Source: a virus. Taken from it: 64,000 nucleotides of DNA. Where the stretch lies: positions 5,899 to 69,898 of IMG/VR virus record IMGVR_UViG_3300042561_000402, one strand, 5' to 3'. The position numbers and the translations under genes are program-made. Positions 55,889 through 64,000 of the stretch are shown here, in pieces (positions within the stretch are counted from its first letter, which is position 1; each line of letters opens with the position of its first letter). Below the pieces are notes generated by a model. It was not told the DNA's origin and searched no databases. It saw only the letters and a list, made by a program, of their open reading frames with translations.

Positions 55889-57214
55889 TTATCGCCGCCC
55901 CAAAAGCGTTTTACCGAAGTTCATCAGGCTATCGGCGTCTTCATCATCGCCAGAATCTGATTCGATTTCAGTCGCTTTTCCAAGGGAGGGGGTGGCTCCA
56001 ACCAAGCCATCTAGCTGAATCTGGAGTTCTTTGATCTTGGCGTCTTTTTCGGCGCTCATCCGCTCTACCTGTGAGGTATAGTGGTTGATGGCGCTTTCAA
56101 GGAATGGAACGACAGCCGCCCGTGCGAGGATGGCGCTTCGGTCTTCAACGCTCAAGCGATCCAGATTGGTCTCTGCGGCGTTTTTCTTGGCGCTGCGGAT
56201 GCTGCTATTCCACTCATCCTGTCCGTCGATTTCCCGAAGGAAATTGTAACGATCCTCCAGATTCGTCCAAGTCTTGGCCGTGAACGCCTTCTGGAGCCGT
56301 TGATCGTTCTCAATAAATTCCTGTTCAGATTGGGCTTTGCGGGCATTTTCGGCCTCGGCAAGGGACTCTGCTTCACTTTGGAAGCGCTCATGGTACTGAG
56401 CAAGTTCGTGGTATTTATCGGCCATCTTGACGATGGACAACTGTTCCATGCGCTTAAAGTCGCTGGTCAGATCCTCCAAGGAGTCGATGCGTTTACGAGC
56501 ATCGGGCTCACTGATGGCTTGCCAGAGCTTAGAAAAGTCTGCGTCATTAGCCTCTGCGATGGCTTTCAAATCGCCCTGAAGGCCGCTGAGAGGCTTTTTG
56601 ATGGTTTCGACGTATTCGGGGCTTCGCTCAAAGTTCGCCGCCTTTAGCTCGCGATTAAGCTCTGCCATACGAGTTTTGTAGCTCTCTAGCTCTTCCTGAA
56701 GGCTCTTGACTGTTTCGCCCTCATATTTGCCCACCCTCTCTTTGGTGGCGTCCAATTCGGCCTTCAAGCGATCCCGCTCCTCGCGGGCCTTTTTCATTTC
56801 GCTTTTGATCTCTTTCCAGCTTGAGACACCCTTCTCGGAATCATCACCTTCGGGTTTGTCAGAAACGGGCTTATCGGCAAAGTGGGGATTTAGCGGGAGA
56901 TCGTCATCTGAAGTATTTTCATTTGATTGTTCGCCAGTCTCCTTAGACGAGGCGCTTTTGGTAATATCGGCAACTACTTTCTCCGTCTCTTCCTTGGTTG
57001 CCTTGGCCTTGGGCTCCGCTTTAACGGGAGCTTTTTTCTCCGCCTTGGGAGCCTCTTCTTTCGGGGTTTCGGCAACAGGTTGCTCTTTCGGGGTTTCGGT
57101 TGCAGGCGCTTCATTGGGTTGAGCTTCAGGAGTTGGTTCGGCGTTGGCCACTCCAAAAATGGTTCCAGCGAAGTCTGCTTCACCCGTAAGGGCGGAATTG
57201 AGTATATTAGCCAT
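55889..57214 (-). CDS. capsid scaffolding protein
   Basis: P/E/K-rich N-terminus and long coiled coils, between portal and capsid genes. Confidence 0.7.
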   Translation of the reverse strand: MANILNSALTGEADFAGTIFGVANAEPTPEAQPNEAPATETPKEQPVAETPKEEAPKAEKKAPVKAEPKAKATKEETEKVVADITKSASSKETGEQSNENTSDDDLPLNPHFADKPVSDKPEGDDSEKGVSSWKEIKSEMKKAREERDRLKAELDATKERVGKYEGETVKSLQEELESYKTRMAELNRELKAANFERSPEYVETIKKPLSGLQGDLKAIAEANDADFSKLWQAISEPDARKRIDSLEDLTSDFKRMEQLSIVKMADKYHELAQYHERFQSEAESLAEAENARKAQSEQEFIENDQRLQKAFTAKTWTNLEDRYNFLREIDGQDEWNSSIRSAKKNAAETNLDRLSVEDRSAILARAAVVPFLESAINHYTSQVERMSAEKDAKIKELQIQLDGLVGATPSLGKATEIESDSGDDEDADSLMNFGKTLLGRR

Positions 57215-57222
57215 AAGTTATA

Positions 57223-57510
57223 TTAGTTGGTTTCTTCTGAAATTATATGAGAGAAGGGCTCTGGCAAGTCAAATTTAGGTTTATTTACCTGTCCCTGACC
57301 CAAGGTATCAATGATATCCAGAACCTCTTGACTGCCCTCATAAAAACCCGCGCTCTTAATGAACACTGGCGACAGATCAAACCCTTGGGCCACAGGACTG
57401 CTACTCCGCCTTGGGCGCATTCGCTTAGATATGAACTTAAGCCCTTTTTGCATATGGGGCATTGCCCAAGTTTTGGCCCATTCACGCGAGTCCTGATCTG
57501 TCCAATCCAT
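57223..57510 (-). CDS. small head-module protein
   Basis: Lies between portal and scaffold genes. Confidence 0.6.
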   Translation of the reverse strand: MDWTDQDSREWAKTWAMPHMQKGLKFISKRMRPRRSSSPVAQGFDLSPVFIKSAGFYEGSQEVLDIIDTLGQGQVNKPKFDLPEPFSHIISEETN

Positions 57511-57559
57511 TTGTTATACTGACTACTATACTCGGAATTTAATTCTGTCTAGTAGTTTT

Positions 57560-59833
57560 TTAAGCCCCTGTTGCCAAGGGAGGTCGGCCAGCGGGCCTTG
57601 CCGTTTTCTCAAGAATAGAACTGCGGGTTTTAAGATCATTAAGGGCCATCTGCTGGCGAATAGTCTCCATCTTCTGCTGATGGGTTTCTTGGTTCATCAT
57701 GCGTTTTTCCTGCATTTCTGCCAACTTGAGTTGCGCTTTTTGCATTTCCATCTCCATCTTGGGATCAATCTGTCCCTGCGGCTGTTGCCCAGCTTGCATG
57801 GCCTGTTCTTGTGCTTGGCTCTGTTGGGCCATCATACGATTGATGACCTGTTGCTCAAGCTCATCGACATAAGCAGTGAGGTTTTGGATTTGGCGTTTGA
57901 GTTCGCGGACTTCCTGTGCCCTAAAACTATTGTTGGAGAAGAAGACAAGGTGTTCGGTCACATGGTCAGAAGCGGGGCGCAAGATCTGCATTGCCTGCTC
58001 GTCAGGAATCTGTTGTTGGCGATGGGCCTCAATAATTTCGGCAATCATCGGGATATGAGCCTCAATGTGAACAGCGTGGTTCTGGCTATCGTGAACTATC
58101 TGCGGAATACCTTGACGGAGGTTGCCGTTCTCAAGGTTGGCGATATCAAAGTCAACCACACGGCGCGGGCCTTTGTCAGACACAAAGAGATTAACCTTCT
58201 GCCAACCCACACCAGAGATGCCAGCAATGACGGAACGCAGGGTGTTTTCTTTGCCCTTCTCGTCCATCAAGGAATAAAGTTCCATCAGTTGCTTGCTCGC
58301 CATTTCGGTCATTACGGGGCTTCCGTCACCCATGGCGCGGAATGCTGTAACCTTAAGGAACTGACGCATACGCTCAATAGAAACTCCTCGACGCGCACAG
58401 CGGCGGCGGAATTCAAGGGCAAGTTGCCCACCCTTGTCGTTGGCTGTAAGAAGGGGATTGACGGCCCTGCGGTATTGTTCGGTCAAAAGCTTATTGTACG
58501 GAGTGTAGAAGAGTTCCAATGCGGCGGCGTTGAGCGTAGACTCTTGGCGGGCCTGCTGGACAACCTCTGTCGCAGAACGGGCTTGGCCGTCTGGAGTGGC
58601 CTGACGCGAACGATAGCTGCCCGTATTATTCTGAAGCACTTGGCTCATCAGATTGTATACGGGAAGACCCTGAGTGGCAATCGAAGGCGGTTGAAGTTGG
58701 ATTGGGGTCAGTCCACTAGGGATGAATGTATAAGGCCCGACCTCAATATATTGAAAGTCTTGGATGGCTTCGGCGTCACCCTGCAACTGGATGAGTCCAG
58801 AGGTAATGGCAGCTTGGGCCGATTGACACAGAACCCTGTTGGAGATCTGGATCTGATTGTAAATCTTTTGTTTGAGTCCGCGAATCGTGTGGAATGTACC
58901 CTGTCCAACTCCATAGGTGAAGATGACGAAGCACTGATTTACGTTACCATAGCGGGAATAACGCTCGTAGAGGAAGTCCGAAGAATCACGGGAACCGATA
59001 AGTTGGGTAAACTTTCCATCGAATTCGCGGTTGTAACCGTAGATTAGCTGGGCGCGGTGATAGGCCGATTCTCCTGCATAGAGGTCATTCTCTTTAATCT
59101 CGCGCTCAAAGTCTTCCCAGTGAGCAGTGTAATTTTTCCACTGGTCTCGCTTGGTCGAAGCCTTCCAGATTGCCTGCTTTACGGCATTGAGGTTCCAACC
59201 AAGTTCTTTCGCGGCTTTGGGATTGCGGATGTAGCGGTAAAGTTCACTCACACTCATGGAGCGTTGAACAATTCCAACCTCGATAGCCTCATCTGATACT
59301 TTTGTATCACGGGCTACTTTAAAATCTTTGAGTCCGCAAGGCTCCCAAAAGATGGAGCGTTCGTCGGGCCACATGGCTACCCCGACTCCGTCACCCACAA
59401 ATTCGCGGGAAAGGAGTTGCATATTGTAGGCGTGGTCGCTCCACTCCTTAAGCATCCAATCAAACTCTTCAGAGATAATCTCAGAGTCCTCGTTGGAATC
59501 TCCACTATAAGAGTCCATAATGACATTAGCAATGCGGGGCACCCCGTTCTGGAGTTCGATATACGGAGCCAATGCGGATTCCATGATGGCATTTGCCTCT
59601 CCGAAGTTGGCGTTAACCACATGGGTTAGTCCCTTGGATTTAAGCTCTTCGGCGTCATATGGCGCTTCGCCATTGACTAGGGCTTGAGCCCGCGCCCGAA
59701 GATAGGCCGCATCTTCATCTTGTTCGATATACTTATCTGCAATGGAGATAAGATTGTCGGAGGATTTGATCCGCTTTTTCGGGGGACTCCCACTCTCTGG
59801 TAGATTTTCCAGTTCTGCGTTGCCTGTTGCCAT
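57560..59833 (-). CDS. portal protein
   Basis: 757 aa, RSATEV motif, Q/M-rich coiled-coil C-terminus, position in head module. Confidence 0.8.
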   Translation of the reverse strand: MATGNAELENLPESGSPPKKRIKSSDNLISIADKYIEQDEDAAYLRARAQALVNGEAPYDAEELKSKGLTHVVNANFGEANAIMESALAPYIELQNGVPRIANVIMDSYSGDSNEDSEIISEEFDWMLKEWSDHAYNMQLLSREFVGDGVGVAMWPDERSIFWEPCGLKDFKVARDTKVSDEAIEVGIVQRSMSVSELYRYIRNPKAAKELGWNLNAVKQAIWKASTKRDQWKNYTAHWEDFEREIKENDLYAGESAYHRAQLIYGYNREFDGKFTQLIGSRDSSDFLYERYSRYGNVNQCFVIFTYGVGQGTFHTIRGLKQKIYNQIQISNRVLCQSAQAAITSGLIQLQGDAEAIQDFQYIEVGPYTFIPSGLTPIQLQPPSIATQGLPVYNLMSQVLQNNTGSYRSRQATPDGQARSATEVVQQARQESTLNAAALELFYTPYNKLLTEQYRRAVNPLLTANDKGGQLALEFRRRCARRGVSIERMRQFLKVTAFRAMGDGSPVMTEMASKQLMELYSLMDEKGKENTLRSVIAGISGVGWQKVNLFVSDKGPRRVVDFDIANLENGNLRQGIPQIVHDSQNHAVHIEAHIPMIAEIIEAHRQQQIPDEQAMQILRPASDHVTEHLVFFSNNSFRAQEVRELKRQIQNLTAYVDELEQQVINRMMAQQSQAQEQAMQAGQQPQGQIDPKMEMEMQKAQLKLAEMQEKRMMNQETHQQKMETIRQQMALNDLKTRSSILEKTARPAGRPPLATGA

Positions 59834-59860
59834 TAAAGTAGAAAGTGTAAGGTGTTAAGT

Positions 59861-60880
59861 CTATTGTGTCCAGCCAGTAATAATACCATTGGAGATAGAC
59901 ACTGTATTGGTGTTGGTTGCGGCGTCAACGAAGGTTACGTTGGTGGTGACCCCGTTACCGAGGCCGAGGTTGGTGCGGGTCGTGGCCGCGTTGGTGGTGT
60001 TGTCAAAGCTGATTGCTCCGTCGATGCGGGTGTCGCCGCCAAGCTGAACGCGAGCGGCGGCAGATGAAGCGAAAGATCCGCCAATGATCACGCCGTTTGT
60101 GACCGATTGAAGCACATGAAAAGAAGGCGAATGGTTTGCATACATCTCAAATTTATTTTGCTTGGCAAAAAAAGCCATTGTGCTGGCCGAGTTGATAAAC
60201 TCCAAATGTGCATATGTTCCGCTGTTAGTTGCCATGTTGCGTATTTGCATAGTCGATCCTGCGGCGGGATTGGCAAAATCCACCGTGAAAGCGTGTGTAG
60301 CGTTAAATCCCAAATTTGTAGTTTGAACGGTGAATGGATAATAAGATCCACCGTAACCAAGAACTGGATTTGTTTGGCTTCCAACAAACATCAGCGGGCG
60401 GAATTGAGTGCCATCGGCGCTGTCCACGCGAAAATACATTTCGGCAACGGTGCGCGGCGGATTATTGGTGTTTTGCTCAAAGTTGTATTCGTTTTCCAAA
60501 ACAAGAGACACAGAACCAAAGTTGGTGTTTTTTCTGGTGAAATTGTTGCCATCCGCAGTCGGTTGAATGTTTTGCCCCCACACCCCCTGCGACCAGTTTG
60601 TTTGGTTGATGCCAAACCATAGGTTAGTCGCATGGCGACGAGAAAAAGCCAGCATGCTTCCATCTCCTACACCGTCAGAAGTTTGCCAAAACAGTGTTGG
60701 GATGTTTGTGGTGTCAGATCCTTTTATCTGAATGTTTTTTAAGAAGGTCAGACTGTTCGTATTAGTTGGGGTAAATACCACCTGATTATTGCTGACGCTG
60801 TATCCAAGGCTCTTGATGGTCTGGCCGTAGACACCGACTCCCAGAATCCCAAATATAAGTGTAAGTGCTAGTTTCTTCAT
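59861..60880 (-). CDS. fibre-like protein with an N-terminal signal peptide
   Basis: MKKLALTLIFGILGVGVYGQ; T/N-rich; TRTNLGLG and SNGIITG motifs. Confidence 0.6.
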   Translation of the reverse strand: MKKLALTLIFGILGVGVYGQTIKSLGYSVSNNQVVFTPTNTNSLTFLKNIQIKGSDTTNIPTLFWQTSDGVGDGSMLAFSRRHATNLWFGINQTNWSQGVWGQNIQPTADGNNFTRKNTNFGSVSLVLENEYNFEQNTNNPPRTVAEMYFRVDSADGTQFRPLMFVGSQTNPVLGYGGSYYPFTVQTTNLGFNATHAFTVDFANPAAGSTMQIRNMATNSGTYAHLEFINSASTMAFFAKQNKFEMYANHSPSFHVLQSVTNGVIIGGSFASSAAARVQLGGDTRIDGAISFDNTTNAATTRTNLGLGNGVTTNVTFVDAATNTNTVSISNGIITGWTQ

Positions 60881-61571
60881 GGTAATACCTCTGTTAGCGG
60901 GGCTCCGTCTGTGTCGATTCGGAGTCGGCGTCTGACCCCGTTGGAATCCCGAAAGATAATCCCCTTGGAGGCACTAGTGATCTCAATGTCATCTGATCCC
61001 ACCTTGAAGGCAGCATCGTCTCCCTCCGCATAGGTTCCTGCGGTGGTTCCCGCCACTACGGGCTGGGGGTAATATGCAGATAGGTTAGCCATAAGGATAT
61101 TATGTTTTGGGGTTCGGAGTCTCGCCATCCGTCAACTGCTTCTCAATGGATACCGCCACTGGTAGAAGTTGTGATGCGGCATTGAGTCCGCCCGCCTTGG
61201 TCGCAATGTCCAAGCACTGCATGACGATCTTAGCCTGCTCTTCGGTGAGGGTGACTTGCTTATTCATTTGCGGGAGCCTCCTGTTGCGCGGCGAGGTAAG
61301 CCTGTGTCGCGGGAATCGCGGCCAGCACTGCCTCAAACGCGGCGGCGAGTTCAGGAACCGCTGCCATGATTTCGGGCGTCAACGGCGCGGTCATCTTTTG
61401 GACGAGGCTTCCGTTCGCCAGTTCGCCGTCTTGCGTTGAGGGAAGCAACTCCACGTTGATGCTGCCAGAATCAGTCGTCGGCTGGATGGCGTTGAGCGCG
61501 TAAACGTGCAGGCGGTCGTAGACCTTGGCGGCTACGGGTTCCGTGGTGATGGGATTAGGGTTAGTTAGCAT
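60877..61571 (-). other. three small fibre-associated CDS (60877-61092, 61100-61267, 61260-61571)
   Basis: Closely packed ORFs downstream of the fibre gene. Confidence 0.55.
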
Positions 61572-61576
61572 AATCG

Positions 61577-63553
61577 TTAGGCCGCAACGCACAGCACTTT
61601 GTATGCCGTGCCAGTGGCGTCAAATAAGGTCATCGTGTGGGTGGCTGTCGGTGTCTCGGCCACGGCATTCTGGTGAATGCGGAGTTCGCCTTGTATTGGC
61701 GCAAAGTCGCTATCGTCCGCGAGACGAGATTGGAGAACGGTGCTACTGCGCTTCAGCGCGGGAAAGCTGCTACTGGTTCCGCCAAATTGGACGCGGTTGA
61801 AGTCGGTATTTCCGTTATTAGTTAAACGCAACACTCCGTCTCCAGTTGCCTGCAAGTTTGCCGAGTGGTTTGAGGCCGTAGCAGAGTAGTATTGAAACAC
61901 CAATCCCTGCCGCGTCTGGATTTGACCCGTTGAGGTAAAGGAAAGCCGCGTCACCCCATCCGTCTGAAGCTCCAGCCCCCTCGCCGTCCCTCCGCCCGAT
62001 CCCTTCTCCGTGCCGAGGATGGCGACATTGCTTGCCCAAGCCAAACGTAGACGTTCGTGGTTCGTGGCGTCCGTGTAGGTGTTGTATATTCGGAAGGTTT
62101 GGGCGTTGGTGCTGCGGCGTTGGGCGAGCGTGTCGGAAGCCCCGTCTCGTAGAAGAGCAACATCTCCTCCTGCTGTTCCCGATGCGGTAGCCAAAAACTC
62201 TAACGATGCACCAATACCTAATGTGTGCTGAAAATTTAATCCAACGCCCGAGCCTGTGCGTGTGCGAGCCGTCCACGTTAGCCCGCTCGTGCCGCCAGTG
62301 ATAAGAGTTGCACCTGTGTTTGATTCGCCGCGCCTAATTGCAAATACCTGCCCCGCATCAAGATTGATATTGAAGTAAGAGCTTGCACTGGCGCTTGCCG
62401 TATTGGTCAACGCAAGGTTTAGCCCAGTAAAAGTCGTGCCACTGGCATTCCAAGTCTGCGCCAATGTAAGCACAGGCGCGGACGCCGTGATCGTGCCGTT
62501 GTTGGCGGTGAGTGTGGTGAATGTGCCTGCCGCTGGCGTGGTGGAGCCGATGGCGGGCGGGGCGGCGAAGTCGGAGGTAAGGGCGAGGGTTCCGCTGGCG
62601 TTGGGTAGCTGGTAGTTGCGGCTGGCTGAAAGAATATCCGAGCCAGCCGTAAGCGATGCCACATTGGAGTTGTTGTCCTCGATTTGAATCTGTCCGCTAG
62701 CTTTTATGGTAGGCGCAATCAACTCGCCGTTTACGTTTACAACGTCGAATGTGACAGTGCTTGTCGTGTTGAGGTCTTGGTTTGCATCGACGGCGGCAGC
62801 GGTGCCTGCGTCAGTAATGGCGGAAAGGGTGTGGGTGTGGGAGGCTTGCGCTGCGCCAATGTCTGTCGGGGTGGCTGTGGCTCCGACTGTGACCCGTCCT
62901 TTGGTGTCTACCGTTACTTTCGTATAGGTGCCCGCGCTCGCGCCTGAAGTCGTTAGGGTAGGATTAGGATAGGTTCCCGTAAGATCTCCTCCTGCGGGGC
63001 CGCTTGGGGCTGTAGAGATCGTTCCCCATTCAGGGGCGGTGGCTCCGCTATTTACTTTTAGTATCTGTCCTGCGCTTCCGATTGCGAGTCTGGTATTAAT
63101 TCCAGCCCCCCGATAGAGCATGTCTCCTTCAGTAGTCAGAGCGGACTCTCCTCCCCCTCCTCCAGATGTGCCAAAACGCGGAACCACCTGCCATCCCCTA
63201 GTAGATCCTGTGTAGATTAAAGTAAAGTAGGCTCCCTCGACGTTACAGATTAGATTCTCTTCTAGGCTTTCGATCCGAGATCCGTTGCGGGCAATCGTGA
63301 GAGGATTAGTGTCGAAGGTTTCGGAGAAGTCAAAGATGTCCACCGCATCACCATTGCTAGGATTAAGTGGGAGGGTAAGAGTAAATGCCCCTCCAGAGGT
63401 GTCTGCTGCGATTAGATCTGCTGCCTCTAGGGTGCGGGCTGACGAGACTACTGTATAGTTGATATCGGGCTGTGGGCCAGTAGGGCCAGCGGGGCCGCGT
63501 TCGATCAACTCAATGACCTCAACCTCCCTCTCTACTACTTCAATGACTTCCAT
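61577..63553 (-). CDS. tail fibre protein
   Basis: [64 protein letters not shown]. Confidence 0.85.
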   Translation of the reverse strand: MEVIEVVEREVEVIELIERGPAGPTGPQPDINYTVVSSARTLEAADLIAADTSGGAFTLTLPLNPSNGDAVDIFDFSETFDTNPLTIARNGSRIESLEENLICNVEGAYFTLIYTGSTRGWQVVPRFGTSGGGGGESALTTEGDMLYRGAGINTRLAIGSAGQILKVNSGATAPEWGTISTAPSGPAGGDLTGTYPNPTLTTSGASAGTYTKVTVDTKGRVTVGATATPTDIGAAQASHTHTLSAITDAGTAAAVDANQDLNTTSTVTFDVVNVNGELIAPTIKASGQIQIEDNNSNVASLTAGSDILSASRNYQLPNASGTLALTSDFAAPPAIGSTTPAAGTFTTLTANNGTITASAPVLTLAQTWNASGTTFTGLNLALTNTASASASSYFNINLDAGQVFAIRRGESNTGATLITGGTSGLTWTARTRTGSGVGLNFQHTLGIGASLEFLATASGTAGGDVALLRDGASDTLAQRRSTNAQTFRIYNTYTDATNHERLRLAWASNVAILGTEKGSGGGTARGLELQTDGVTRLSFTSTGQIQTRQGLVFQYYSATASNHSANLQATGDGVLRLTNNGNTDFNRVQFGGTSSSFPALKRSSTVLQSRLADDSDFAPIQGELRIHQNAVAETPTATHTMTLFDATGTAYKVLCVAA

Positions 63554-63921
63554 TAGCTTCGGGCAATCTCCTCGTAGACCTTGGCCTTACCAGTAGCAAA
63601 TGCGATATAAGTGTAGCCAAGACTTAGTTCAATTTCGTAAACATTGTCTCCCGCCGTCAGATTTGACGCCTGAGTGGCCGTCATTACTATTTCGATAGTT
63701 CCGTCCGCTCCAAGCGTAATTCCGCTTCCTGCGGTCAATGTAAGCAAACTGGCGCTATCCTTGGCGCATTCCCGAATGACCATGTTGGCCCCGTAGCCCG
63801 AAAGATTAACTGGGACATTGGACTTACCTTTACAAGACTTGGTCAGATAACGAAACTTCGCCGTCCATGTCTTTCCTTGGACGATTTCAATATCTCTCTC
63901 AAGTCTCCAGTAGTTGGTCAT
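63553..63921 (-). CDS. tail/baseplate adaptor-like protein
   Basis: [25 protein letters not shown] Ig-like pattern. Confidence 0.6.
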   Translation of the reverse strand: MTNYWRLERDIEIVQGKTWTAKFRYLTKSCKGKSNVPVNLSGYGANMVIRECAKDSASLLTLTAGSGITLGADGTIEIVMTATQASNLTAGDNVYEIELSLGYTYIAFATGKAKVYEEIARS

Positions 63922-64000
63922 TTATAAACTGGTAGCCAGAATTGATTGGTTCCAACACGAATCTCAATGAAGTCATTGATCTGGTTGTTGGTTGCGGGGT
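63918..64000 (-). CDS. C-terminal fragment of a virion protein (truncated by the window edge)
   Basis: ..[23 protein letters not shown]-coupled to the next gene. Confidence 0.55.
   Translation of the reverse strand, partial: PATNNQINDFIEIRVGTNQFWLPVYK

Noticed and set aside
1-64000. Alternative genetic code, introns or inteins
   Set aside because: Long genes are uninterrupted in the standard code, all three stops are used, and DnaB/DnaG have normal lengths

Overview
This is a 64 kb fragment of a tailed dsDNA bacteriophage with podovirus-like features. No integrase, DNA polymerase, large terminase or tape-measure gene is visible in this window. Layout: TerS-like gene, DnaB and small accessory genes (1-5.7 kb); a ~1.1 kb structured non-coding region, an HNH gene and an atypical tRNA-CAU (5.7-7.3 kb); a + strand middle/early block with a RusA-like resolvase, dCMP deaminase, a C-rich non-coding segment near 14 kb, host-takeover ORFs, an HhH glycosylase, DnaG, FkbM and glycosyltransferase-like genes (7.3-25.2 kb); a - strand 3556-aa polyvalent ejection protein with other virion and recombination genes (25.2-41.7 kb); a + strand module with an 1186-aa Ser/Thr repeat protein and two DUF3431-like genes (41.9-49.5 kb); then - strand nucleotide metabolism, lysis, capsid, scaffold, portal and fibre genes. 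Best candidates for new biology: (i) a protein built as two symmetric ~410-aa xTxS arms around a short tip, possibly one giant beta-hairpin forming a tail tube, alongside five GT-like genes; (ii) a RusA-like resolvase split over two overlapping frames joined by an A-AAA-AAG slippery site; (iii) two promoter-sRNA-terminator cassettes, one antisense to the CAC-ATG-AAA-AC start motif of early genes; (iv) an array of abutting structured RNAs. All annotations come from motif recognition by eye. No database searches or folding programs were run.
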